64,000 nucleotides of DNA, taken from assembly GCA_963765895.1 (NCBI GenBank), contig CAVXZB010000064.1, forward strand, positions 1 to 64,000, read 5' to 3'. Source of the stretch: an uncultured Nitrososphaeraceae archaeon (GTDB taxonomy: Archaea > Thermoproteota > Nitrososphaeria > Nitrososphaerales > Nitrososphaeraceae). Positions 21,651 to 31,694 of this stretch are shown here, in pieces. The notes beneath the pieces are model-generated. The model saw nothing but the letters and a program-made list of their open reading frames with translations, searched no databases and was not told where the DNA came from. How positions within the stretch are numbered: position 1 is the stretch's first letter; each line of letters starts with the position of its first letter. A program made the translations under genes and the position numbers.

Positions 21651-21713
21651 GTGCATGGCATTAGATGGGCGAACTGACCACGAGTGGAATGAGGATCAAA
21701 GTCCATGCACCTA
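21648..21713 (+). ncRNA. Candidate hairpin sRNA with D'/C' K-turn and rRNA-complementary segment
   Basis: 11-bp perfect stem taggtgcatgg/ccatgcaccta enclosing atgggcgaa-CTGA-cca..tgg-aa-TGAGGA. Confidence 0.45.
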
Positions 21714-21893
21714 TGTTGATTATTATGTGCTAAACCGGTAGGCGGCAATGAGACTAAATTTATAAAGTTCTGAACCAAGCCTATCGAAATATTTGGTAAA
21801 AGCGTTAATCTGGTGTTATTTTTAAAACTTGAGATTTGTTCAGTATTATAATCCGGTAAATACTTTTATTGGGTTTCTTAAAAACTATATTGT

Positions 21894-22109
21894 TTGGCAA
21901 ACTTCTGTCCTGAGTGTGGTGGTGAATTAAAATTTGATGTCATTAGCAAGAATTTTATTTGCAAAAGTTGCGGTCTGTTTGCTTCAAGAGAGAAATTCGA
22001 CGAATTAAGGGATAAGAAGGAAAATGAGGCAACCGACAGACGACGTCTGCAGCATGATGATTATCTAGACTGGTGGCAAACTTCAAAGAAAGATAAGCAG
22101 AAACAATAG
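21894..22109 (+). CDS. Small zinc-ribbon protein
   Basis: CPECGG ... CKSCG; conserved-looking DYLDWW tail. Confidence 0.75.
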   Translation: MANFCPECGGELKFDVISKNFICKSCGLFASREKFDELRDKKENEATDRRRLQHDDYLDWWQTSKKDKQKQ

Positions 22110-22170
22110 CAGATTGTCAGACCTTAATACAAGTATTTGTGTGGATTGCTCATCTCCATCAATCATGAAC

Positions 22171-22306
22171 TGTGAATAGGAGTTCTACCTGAAAGCGGGC
22201 TAAATCAAAGCTCCTATTTACATCACTAGAAATTTGTATTCAAATTTTACAGAAACAGCCTTAGTAGTGGGACTAAGGTTGGAACTTACTGCCCAGCCAG
22301 TACCCA
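22171..22306. terminator. Two hairpins between convergent genes (possible bidirectional terminator or sRNA)
   Basis: 14-bp stem 22171-22184/22209-22222; second interrupted stem 22268-22306. Confidence 0.35.
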
Positions 22307-22410
22307 TGACTTGATGCATATTATCAGTAAACAATAACATAAAACTTTTCATTATAACGATAAGTTGTTTTTAATAAATAGACAAAGTGAATCAGGTTTG
22401 AATGCATCAC

Positions 22411-22998
22411 TTAGATAGAATAGGTTGGTTTATTCTTTTCATAGTCTGAGATGTGCGATTCAAATTTAAAAGTCATCGCAATTTCATCCATCCCTTCAAG
22501 TAACATCCTTTTATTAGACTCAGATATCTCAAAATGCAGACTTTTTGCATCAAATTCTATGCTTTGGGCTGCCAAGTCAACTCTAATTTGAGCTGTATCA
22601 GCATTTTTAAATAAATATTCAATAATGTCCTGACTCAGAATAATTGGTAGGATACCATTCTTAAAGCAATTGCTATAAAAGATGTCAGCAAATGAGGGTG
22701 CCAAGACTACCTTGATTCCAAAATCCCTTAATGCCCAGACTGCATGCTCTCTTGAACTGCCGCTGCCGAAGTTATCTCGAACCAACAAAATGGATCTGTC
22801 ACGATATTTAGGATTATTCAGTACAAAATCGGTTTTAGGTTTTCCATCGGTGTCGTATCGCCAGTCGTAAAAGAGAAATCTATCATAACCTGTCTTCTGC
22901 ACTAGCTTGAGAAATTGCTTTGGAATTATTTGATCAGTGTCAATATTGATTAGATCTATTGGAATCAATTTGCTTGAAAATATTTCAAAGGGACTCAA
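22411..22998 (-). CDS. leuD: 3-isopropylmalate dehydratase small subunit (bacterial type)
   Basis: NIDTDQIIPKQFL, NFGSGSSREHAVWAL, SFADIFYSN. Confidence 0.95.
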   Translation of the reverse strand: MSPFEIFSSKLIPIDLINIDTDQIIPKQFLKLVQKTGYDRFLFYDWRYDTDGKPKTDFVLNNPKYRDRSILLVRDNFGSGSSREHAVWALRDFGIKVVLAPSFADIFYSNCFKNGILPIILSQDIIEYLFKNADTAQIRVDLAAQSIEFDAKSLHFEISESNKRMLLEGMDEIAMTFKFESHISDYEKNKPTYSI

Positions 22999-23038
22999 GG
23001 GTTGATTTCATGGTTGAGAACCATTAATATTGTTATCT

Positions 23039-24466
23039 TCATAACATCTCTCTTACATCAGTGAATTTGCCTTTGATGGCGACTTGCCGCTCCATTATAG
23101 GGCTCATTAGATGGGTTCTGCCTCCAACTCCTTGTCTTCCTTCAAAATTTCTGTTCGAAGTACTTGCGCACCTTTCACCGGGGGAAAGTACGTCGGGATT
23201 CATACCTAGGCACATACTACAGCCAGATTCTCGCCACTCAAATCCAGCATTTTTAAAGATCTTGTCAAGCCCCATTTGTTCAGCTTGCGCTTTTACCATT
23301 TGGGAACCTGGTACAACCATAGCTCTTACGTTTGGAGCCACAGTCCTTCCATTGATTACAATCGAAGCCTCAAGGAGGTCCTCTAGTCTAGAATTAGTGC
23401 AAGATCCTATGAATACTCTATCTACGTTGATGTCTGTAATTGGATCTCCTGGCTTCAAGTCCATATAATATAGGGCGCGAACGGCTGCCTTTTTTAAACT
23501 TTCATTACCTTTTGAGAATTCATCAGGATGGGGGACATTATCCGTAATGTCAATCACCATAGAGGGACTAGTTCCCCATGTTATCTGGGGTGCCAAATTT
23601 GCGACATCTACTGAAAACGACCGTTCAAATTTTGCATTATTATCTGATCTAAGATAATTTCGCCATGTATCGATAAGGTTATCTAGCTCTCCATGCTTAG
23701 GCGCAAAATATCTGCCTCGAATATAATCGAACGTGGTGCCATCGGGTGCAATTAGCCCAGCCCTTGCACCACACTCGATTGACATGTTACAAATTGTCAA
23801 TCTTTCTGCCATTGAAAATCGTGACAACATTTCTCCCCGATACTCAATAACTGTTCCAACACCACCAGCTGTGCCTATCTTTCGGATAATATTTAGTATA
23901 ATGTCCTTAGCTGTAAGAGAATGAACATTCTTAAATCTTCCAGTTATGTTTATTTCAAAATTCTTAGGCCTGTCCATCCACAGACACTGGGTAGCTAGCA
24001 CATGCTCTACTTCGCTTGTGCCAATGCCAAATGCTAGGGCCCCGAACGCGCCGTGAGTTGAAGTATGACTATCGCCGCAGACGATTGTAGTCCCAGGTAA
24101 TGTTAGACCTAATTCTGGTCCGATAACGTGTACGATACCTTGGTTAGGATCAGCCATATCATACAATCTAATACCAAATTCCTTACAATTCTGTATTAAT
24201 GCCTGTATTTGCATCGCTGAAGTATTATCTACTAAAGGAAGCGATCTATCGCTAGTGGGTACATTGTGATCCATAGTAGCAAATGTCAAGTTTGGTCGCC
24301 GTACGGTTCTGTCATTTATCCTTAACCCTTCAAAAGCTTGAGGAGATGTAACCTCGTGTACCAGATGTCGATCTATATAGAGAAGTGCTGGTTGTTCTTC
24401 AGCCTGATCCGATACATGGTAGACAACATGGTCATCCCAAATTTTGTCGAAAAGTGTTCGCTGCAA
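23039..24466 (-). CDS. leuC: 3-isopropylmalate dehydratase large subunit (bacterial type)
   Basis: [52 protein letters not shown]. Confidence 0.96.
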   Translation of the reverse strand: MQRTLFDKIWDDHVVYHVSDQAEEQPALLYIDRHLVHEVTSPQAFEGLRINDRTVRRPNLTFATMDHNVPTSDRSLPLVDNTSAMQIQALIQNCKEFGIRLYDMADPNQGIVHVIGPELGLTLPGTTIVCGDSHTSTHGAFGALAFGIGTSEVEHVLATQCLWMDRPKNFEINITGRFKNVHSLTAKDIILNIIRKIGTAGGVGTVIEYRGEMLSRFSMAERLTICNMSIECGARAGLIAPDGTTFDYIRGRYFAPKHGELDNLIDTWRNYLRSDNNAKFERSFSVDVANLAPQITWGTSPSMVIDITDNVPHPDEFSKGNESLKKAAVRALYYMDLKPGDPITDINVDRVFIGSCTNSRLEDLLEASIVINGRTVAPNVRAMVVPGSQMVKAQAEQMGLDKIFKNAGFEWRESGCSMCLGMNPDVLSPGERCASTSNRNFEGRQGVGGRTHLMSPIMERQVAIKGKFTDVREML

Positions 24467-24879
24467 GTCTGATAAGTACTATCATACTGATCCGAAATAT
24501 AATTATTAACCATTTCTAGCAACCATTAATTAGTTCTAAAACCTTCAGACGGTTTAGCATAATTAGAGTATCATACAATTATTTCTAAGGATTCTAATTA
24601 CTGTACTGTAATGTTCTGAAATTTAAAGAATCTTATGCATTTATTGAGAATGTTTAATCATTTAAAATATTTTTTATATAGATAATCGAGTTTACCCAAC
24701 CAAATCTAGCTAATACTTGTAAAGAATATAGATTAAATGCTTCCAACACAGGCAAAGTTATTTGAAGTAATGTCAATTATAGTATCCAAGCAAAATTTGG
24801 ATTAGTCGAGCAGCGTTTATTAACAGCCAACCTCAATTGAGAATGCTTAAATTTAGTATTTATCCGATAGGGATGATAT

Positions 24880-25539
24880 ATGCACCTACAAGACAATAGG
24901 TATGCTGATAACATAGCAGAACAAATCAAGAAAGGAACTACGACATGTGGATTGACATGTGCTGACGGTGTAGTTTTAGCAGCCGACACTCGGGCAAGTG
25001 CAGGTTTTTTCATTGCAGATAAACACGTTATGAAGATTCAAAAAATAGATCGTCATCTTGGCATGACTATTGCAGGTGGTGTAGCCGATGCCCAGAATCT
25101 TGTAGATATTATGCGATATAATGCAAATATTTATAGACTTTCCAATCGGAAACTGATGCCAATAAGGTCTGCTGCTCGACTGTGTTCCAACATTCTTTTC
25201 AACCAGCGTTATTATCCTTACTATGTTCAACTCATAATGGCTGGATACAGTGAACAGGAACAGGGTCAGATATATAATATCGACCTATTTGGCTCAATGA
25301 CAACTGAAAAGTTCATATCAACTGGAAGTGGTTCTCCAGTCGCTTACGGGTATCTGGAATCAGAATTTAAGGAAAATTTGAAGGTTGACGACGCATACAA
25401 GGTTGCACTTCATGCGATAGCAGCGGCGATAAGGAGGAATGCAGGTACCGGTGACAGTATCAATGTAGTCATAATTGACAAAAATGGCTATCGTGAACTT
25501 TCTCGAGAAGTAAAAGAAGCTGTCGGGGTAAGCTATTAA
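24880..25539 (+). CDS. psmB: Proteasome beta subunit
   Basis: Propeptide then G/TTT catalytic Thr, DGVVLAADTR, GSGS motif. Confidence 0.95.
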   Translation: MHLQDNRYADNIAEQIKKGTTTCGLTCADGVVLAADTRASAGFFIADKHVMKIQKIDRHLGMTIAGGVADAQNLVDIMRYNANIYRLSNRKLMPIRSAARLCSNILFNQRYYPYYVQLIMAGYSEQEQGQIYNIDLFGSMTTEKFISTGSGSPVAYGYLESEFKENLKVDDAYKVALHAIAAAIRRNAGTGDSINVVIIDKNGYRELSREVKEAVGVSY

Positions 25540-25677
25540 CATAAATCTCTCTTGATCAGTAACGCTAACCGATAAAATGTTTGACTAGCGTGTTCTACTT
25601 TGTCGAACTATTTGTCGACTCACGGATGTATATTAGGTTCCTGAAGATGAACATAGACTTATTTCCTGATACCCTTC

Positions 25678-26401
25678 TCAATAACAAGTAAGCATGTAAG
25701 ACTTCTGCATGTCGGGATTACTCAAACTATAGCTAAATTTCAGTTGATTTGCCTTTAATACTCCGTTAATATCGCATTTAGATACGGATTCCTTTTGATA
25801 GCTAACCTTGTTAAACATCAGATCTGTACCGAAATTCGCGTGGCCTAATCCTAGAGCGTGTCCTATTTCATGAGCCGCAACATTTTGTAGAGTTTGAGGG
25901 TCTAGCAAAGTTCCAAACGCACTACCATAGATTACGATATTGGAGTGATTAATATAGCCATAACCGTCAAAAGTATCGATAGTTTTCCCTACCATTAACC
26001 CGCTCTGCATGATCATTTCAGAGTTGGAATTGTTTCTAGGATGACTAGCACTTTCCTTGGGAATAAATGAAATTCTTATATCAGGTACTGTTGGAATCTG
26101 GTACTTCAACAAATTTAATCTCTTCTTTCTCAGACCACTCTTTCAAGCCTTTTTCGATTGCATGTTTAAGCGTACCGTTAACATTGAATATCGAATAGCT
26201 CACATTTTCAAAGGACAAGTTTTTATTCCACGAACAACAAATATTGATTGATTTTATAGTATCCCCGTTCGTGGCATTAAATAGGTCCATACTGGAATTC
26301 TCGAGAGTACCAAATATTCGAGAACTCTGTGCTAGCTGACTCTCAAAGATAAGAATAATAAGTAAGACTGATACTAAATAAAGAAACAACTTCAGTGTCA
26401 C
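25678..26401 (-). CDS. Secreted matrixin-family (metzincin) metalloprotease, split by one frameshift near 26085
   Basis: Signal peptide in 26081-26401; HEIGHALGLGH and Met-turn DLM in 25678-26112. Confidence 0.8.
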
Positions 26402-26601
26402 AATAAAACAGGAGCAAGTTCTGTATTATGCGTTTTTCAAAATGTTGTCATATGATTCGTTAGGTAAATTTTATGCATTTATTTTTATGTTAGGCAAAAA
26501 TTGGTAGGTAGATTTTTCATTGTATTTAGAATCAAAATGTTACGACCAAAGTTGGCTATTATTTAAAATAGCAAAAAATGTGAAAGGACATTTATAGTCT
26601 A

Positions 26602-26961
26602 CTACTTTGGGAGAACTTCAATGAATACGCCTTTTTCATCTTCCAAAATATTGTATAATATCAATTGGCCTGATTTTCGCCATTCGGGATTTTGTTCAAT
26701 CCAGGATGATTCCTTTTTCCAAGATCTCATACTAACTAATCTTCCATCGAAAACATTATATTCATAACCGTGCATGTAGCAGATTATTTTCTCGCCATCA
26801 AGTTGACCCTTTGATAATGAAGCTCCCCTATGAGGACAGGAATTATCAAATGCAAATAACCTGCCATTTTTTCTTCCTACTAAAATATCCTTTCCTTCAA
26901 TTCCGAAAACAGACATATGACCTTCTGTAATATCTTTAGTATCACAGATTCTATGGAGCAT
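26602..26961 (-). CDS. Rieske [2Fe-2S] ferredoxin
   Basis: CPH(x16)CYMH ligand motifs. Confidence 0.9.
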   Translation of the reverse strand: MLHRICDTKDITEGHMSVFGIEGKDILVGRKNGRLFAFDNSCPHRGASLSKGQLDGEKIICYMHGYEYNVFDGRLVSMRSWKKESSWIEQNPEWRKSGQLILYNILEDEKGVFIEVLPK

Positions 26962-27572
26962 ATAACTTAGACATTACGACATTTTATAAACTAAACATGT
27001 TATGTCATACTTTTGGGAATGCCTAGAAACAATCTAATGCTAGCTGGCTCTCCAGTATAAGCCAATAACTGGATCTCATAATGTAGAAGTATTGTTATAC
27101 TGCTATCATTGATTTCTATACTCTCCATAGTTTATCAAAACTCTATGTTTACATATGATTAAATCAGAAAAACTTGCGAAGAAGAGATATCGCGCTGGTC
27201 TAGCGTTCAGAAACATTCAACAAGTTTGAGATAAAAATCTGCAAATGGAAAGATACAGTATAGCGTTCAATCTCTCTAACCAATTCCTTTGCGGATGCTT
27301 TGGGATTGTATCACGATACTTTCGTCATATATTTTTTATATCAACAACTATGTATGCCAGTCAGTCATTACTGCTACTAAAATTGGATACCTCTACTATA
27401 ACTAGCGAATAGTTGGAGCACTCACCGGAAATCATGATAAAATGGGATTTGTAGTCAAACAAACATTCCAGTCGTTAGTCAACTCCTTAGCACGCTGAGG
27501 ACAATATCTGAATGGCTAGGCTGTGCACGTACTTGCGTTTTCGCTGCTTGAATAGGCAGTGCACGCTTATGC

Positions 27573-27674
27573 TTATTTTCCTTTTCTCGTCGGCACAATT
27601 ATCGCAGCGGATAAAAATAAAAGCAAAGCTATGCCAATAACTGTAACGAGATCAAACTTTAGATCAATTTCCAT
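27573..27674 (-). CDS. 33-aa membrane micro-protein (MEIDLKFDLVTVIGIALLLFLSAAIIVPTRKGK)
   Basis: Hand-translated; single TM helix plus basic tail; TATA-like gatatat about 25 nt upstream. Confidence 0.55.
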   Translation of the reverse strand: MEIDLKFDLVTVIGIALLLFLSAAIIVPTRKGK

Positions 27675-27795
27675 ACTTTGCTAGTACAACAGAATGATAT
27701 ATCAATTGTACTTTTCTGACTGCTTGCCGTGACGCTAGTAACTTAGTTAGTTATCTATTGATAAGAGAAAGTCTGGTTAATGAATAAAAAAATAG

Positions 27796-29469
27796 TTATC
27801 GATGGCGATCGCTGCCGCCATCGTTCAGGCGATCCTTTATCTTCTGCGCTGCTTCTCCATGAGCCCCTCGAACAGCAATATGTCTGTCTAACACTTCGTT
27901 TATCCTGTCTTTAATTCTGTCATGATGTGAAGGAGGTGGGGGAGGAGGTGGAGGTGGAGTAGATGTAGACGAAGGCTCCTCCTGTTTCAACACCGATATC
28001 AAGTTCTGAATCTGAGGCACAACTTCTCTATTTGCTGCTTCCTGACCGAATACCGCTATTACCTTTGCTTGTAGTTTATTAAGTTCTGTAATTGCGGCCT
28101 CTAACTGGTCTGTTTTCAGTAGTTGTGCTATGTGAGTTGTGTCAAATATTCCTCTCGGCTTATCCATCATTGTATTGGGCTCTGATTGATTGACAAGTCT
28201 CAGAATAGCATTGTCGATACCCTCGAGGAGAATTAATCGAGATTGGTCTACATCAGTTATGTTCTCCTCCTTAGGCACCTCAAATGCTTGTGCAGCCAAT
28301 GCCTGCTGTGGAACGATATACTTAAGCGCATTCCAGTCATTAAAGCCAGCCAATGTTGGACCTGGACCAGGTGATCTACAGTCTAGTCCTCCATTGATAT
28401 CAGCATTTACACTTGTATCAGTGGAACGTCCATTAAAGTTCCAGTCAACTGGAACGCCAGCGCGAGTTAATGCTGGTCCTAGTCCTGGCCCACGAGGGCC
28501 ATAAGTAGTGTTCAGTCCTGGTGGGGTGCTCTGCGATATACCATTTTGTTCATTCAGGTTTGTTTTGTTTAATGTAGCAAGAGCCGATCGTGAATAATCA
28601 AGAGGTCTGCTTGCAACCAGGCCAGGGAATTGGAACAGGTAGTTCATTACGCTAAAGTAGTTCGTTTTGCAATTTGTCTGGTCACCACCACCGTGCTCAA
28701 GACCCAAATTATGACCTAGTTCATGCATAAATGTTCCTGCCTGTTCACTACGAGTTCCTACATTGTGGTTTGTGGTTGGATCTTTAGTCCACCCGGGCTC
28801 CTCTGGAGTCCCTGGATTACCCAAGGTCACTAGAAAGTCCATTCCAGGTGTTTCTGCTAAGCCAGATGATCCCGCAGAGTCTCCTGGCTGATCGTGTGCA
28901 AATACTGCATAGTGAAATGCCATTCGCTTTGCAGCAAGTAGGGTTACATTATTAGGATCTGCTCTTTCTGCAGCAGTTCCAAACCACGCGGGCTTTATGT
29001 TATCTATGAGATTATCTAAGTCAGTTGTATTTTGATGTGGTATTTGATCATCTACCTGTGTGAATAGAGTTATTCCTGTTGCGCCATCTGGGTTAGATAC
29101 TGGTGCAAGACTAAATGCCCTTCTAACATCGTTTATAGCACTGTTAACATTAGTATTTCCACCTATGGGCCTGTGGAATTGCATATAGTCTACTTCTACA
29201 TAGAGGTTCTTATGATTAGGATTTGCACCTGGTAGTTGATAAAAATGCTCTATACCATCAACACCGGTATAAGGTATTCCATTTGTTTCCCAACTGTTTA
29301 TGAGGCCATCTCCGTCGTCATCTCCGTTGGGATCAGCCTGTGCATTTGCAGAGCCAATCAGATATGATGATGAAGGTATAATGATGGCAGAAGCCAATAT
29401 CAAAAAAGTCACAAGTAAAGCCGTCATTACTAATCTTGTTGATCTGAATTCTTTTGATCCCTTAGCCAA
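27796..29469 (-). CDS. Secreted Ca-binding zinc metalloprotease-like protein
   Basis: Signal peptide; DDDGDGLINSWE Ca-binding loop; HELGHNLGLEH and SVMNY Met-turn; poly-Pro linker near C-terminus. Confidence 0.8.
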   Translation of the reverse strand: MAKGSKEFRSTRLVMTALLVTFLILASAIIIPSSSYLIGSANAQADPNGDDDGDGLINSWETNGIPYTGVDGIEHFYQLPGANPNHKNLYVEVDYMQFHRPIGGNTNVNSAINDVRRAFSLAPVSNPDGATGITLFTQVDDQIPHQNTTDLDNLIDNIKPAWFGTAAERADPNNVTLLAAKRMAFHYAVFAHDQPGDSAGSSGLAETPGMDFLVTLGNPGTPEEPGWTKDPTTNHNVGTRSEQAGTFMHELGHNLGLEHGGGDQTNCKTNYFSVMNYLFQFPGLVASRPLDYSRSALATLNKTNLNEQNGISQSTPPGLNTTYGPRGPGLGPALTRAGVPVDWNFNGRSTDTSVNADINGGLDCRSPGPGPTLAGFNDWNALKYIVPQQALAAQAFEVPKEENITDVDQSRLILLEGIDNAILRLVNQSEPNTMMDKPRGIFDTTHIAQLLKTDQLEAAITELNKLQAKVIAVFGQEAANREVVPQIQNLISVLKQEEPSSTSTPPPPPPPPPSHHDRIKDRINEVLDRHIAVRGAHGEAAQKIKDRLNDGGSDRHR

Positions 29470-29819
29470 TTTTAATACGCACTAATGGCACGAGAATTGC
29501 TTATCTACATTTAGAAATATGCTACAATAAGTGAAATCAGATATCTTATCGCTATAAAGTTACAGCATGAATTATCTATAGCGTTATAATACGAAATTTA
29601 GTAATGGCTCTGCTCCTTTATCTTTTACGCGGTATTTCTATATATGAAAAGTTATGAAGCATCATTTCATATTTTGAGTGTTGGATTGTTACGTTAGGTA
29701 CCATTAACAGATAAGACAACATAATAAGTTAGTTATCTTTCGGCTGGACTATGATATCTGCATAAAATACCTACTTGACTTGGCTAGTCAGTCACTAGGC
29801 TTGCCAAACCCAAGGCGGA

Positions 29820-30400
29820 CAGTCATGGAGACGTTACCACAATTAAGTGCTATAGCCAGTCCAGTTACCCTATATAGAACCAACATTATGATAACCGTGT
29901 CCATATCTACTAAGGCCGCCGCGACTCGGTCCTCTACCAGTATCGTCGCCACTAACCTGAGATCTGCTACCGTCTATCCAACTTACCGGGACAGATGTAG
30001 GCAGCAGTCGTCCACTTTACCAATCTCGTCATGTTTTCACACGATGATTTGGTTTACCAAATCCTATAGATGGAGAAAGAGACAGACGCTCTAGTTCCAC
30101 AGCCATTGCTGACATAACCTACGCTACAGATATCAATTATTCATAAGAGATAACTTAACTAAACTAGCCACAAGCGCTGTAACCTTCACTGTCGCCATTA
30201 CCATATCCATGTCTTTCTGGCCTCTGCGAGTATTCCAGTACCCATGATCCCAGTGATACTTGAGGATAAAAGTAGTCAAATTCTGAATATTGGTAGTGGG
30301 GCTTTTTAGGATAAGCAAATGCGTTACTTGTCACAATACTGGTAGATGTTATTATTTCGACTGCAGTAGTTACAATAAATTGTGAAAAGATACCCGTAAT
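29820..30400 (-). pseudogene. Probable decayed secreted Gly/Tyr-rich peptide gene(s)
   Basis: Minus-strand fragments: signal-like ..TSNAFA/YPKK..RHGYGNGDSEGYSACG* and a second similar ..RYGHGYHN..GYST* interrupted by stops. Confidence 0.3.
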
Positions 30401-30598
30401 TTATTTTCTCCCACTTATGCATAATAATATAAATTTTGTCGAGCCCATTTTATCAATAAATATTAATAATTTGCATATTTCCTAAACTTAATTATAATCT
30501 ACTAGATGTTAAGCGCCTCTCTGTCCTTAATACTACACGTCTATCAGTATAATATAGAATTCAAGATGAAAAATTATATGCACTATAGTCTCTTAGTA

Positions 30599-30760
30599 TT
30601 AGTCATTACCAGAATCGGAGTTCCGTAGACGTCTCCTCCGTAATATCATCGCCAAGACAATAAGGGCTATTAGAACAGATAGCATTCCAAAGAATACGCC
30701 CTCATTCTTGACTGTTCCGGGGGGCAGTATGAGAAGAGTAAGTAAAGAAGGTGTGTTCAT
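30599..30760 (-). CDS. 53-aa membrane micro-protein with TM helix and RRRR tail
   Basis: Hand-translated MNTPSLLTLLILPPGTVKNEGVFFGMLSVLIALIVLAMILRRRRLRNSDSGND; TATA box near 30785. Confidence 0.55.
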   Translation of the reverse strand: MNTPSLLTLLILPPGTVKNEGVFFGMLSVLIALIVLAMILRRRRLRNSDSGND

Positions 30761-30888
30761 GAATTCGATCCTTCACCACTGAAATATATATCTGCTCAAT
30801 TAGTTTGTGGAGCTCCAGCAGGTCATTGGTCCTAGCAAGGTTTGTTAAAGGGATTGTGACAAGGCAACAACTGCGTCGTTCCGAAAGC

Positions 30889-30974
30889 AGGTAGGGAAGG
30901 GATTCGAACCCTTATTGATTCGCTATCTGAAAATTTATCTGCAGGCGAACGCATAGCCGCTCTGCCACCCTACC
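30889..30974 (-). tRNA. tRNA-Cys(GCA) with 14-nt intron at 37/38 (30925-30938)
   Basis: Acceptor GGTAGGG/CCCTACC with U73; anticodon stem TTCGC/GCGAA, loop CT-GCA-G^A; T arm AAGGG-TTCGAAT-CCCTT. Confidence 0.88.
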
Positions 30975-31140
30975 AGTTCTTAAATGAGCTCATAATAGTT
31001 CAATTTAAAGCATTCCGATCACTCGTTTCCAGAATCATTAGAGTGTCTAATACTGACAATAGGAATCGTTTCGCGATAAAGCGAATTTACAGCTAAAATC
31101 TTCTGATTGGTCTATATAAGAGTAAGCAATAACACATCTC

Positions 31141-31228
31141 GGATGCTGATGAAGTATAGGAAGAGCCGTCTGAGAATTAGAAGGTTTCAGCATTAAAATG
31201 AGGAAGATTATGAGTCCCTGAGGCATCC
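31141..31228 (+). ncRNA. Box C/D 2'-O-methylation guide sRNA
   Basis: Terminal stem ggatgc/gcatcc; C TGATGA 31147-52, D' CTGA 31170-73, C' TGAGGA 31199-204, D CTGA 31218-21; TATA tatataa near 31113. Confidence 0.85.
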
Positions 31229-31694
31229 AATATTCCCTTGATTAATTGGTGGATATCTGTGAAAACGAATTCTCCGTTCTACATAATCAAATCATAAGGA
31301 AATCCTAGCCTCGGAGGCTTGGTCAAAGCTTGATTTCTTACCTATCTTTCACTTTTCGCTTTGTGCATCCTCTCGTATTGTCAAAATAATAACTCTAAAA
31401 GAAATTATACGAATTTTGAAAGGTAAAATATACAGATATTCCTCTTAACTCCTGGCCTGTTTATAATCAAGGCAGTCCTTCAAAATATAAGAGGTAAATT
31501 AGTTGGTTAAATCCGCAGCAAAGCAATATAGTTTTGGTTCCAAAATTCAATTTTTAATTTTTGAAATTGTCGACAGCAAGACAGGAACGCTATGAGATTA
31601 AGCAATATCCCTGTTTTACGTATTCATCTAACTTCTCAATAGATTGGCATATAATATGACATATATACAACACGCTCGAAAGTCATTACCTAAA

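Noticed and set aside
25620-25675. Possible C/D sRNA (CTGA-agATGA...CTGA)
   Set aside because: No convincing C box or terminal stem and no recognisable target
29780-30094. 104-aa plus-strand ORF
   Set aside because: No motif or typical composition; minus-strand remnants explain the region better
25678-30974. Provirus or integrative element at tRNA-Cys
   Set aside because: No integrase, replication or capsid gene and no att duplication seen; kept only as an accessory patch
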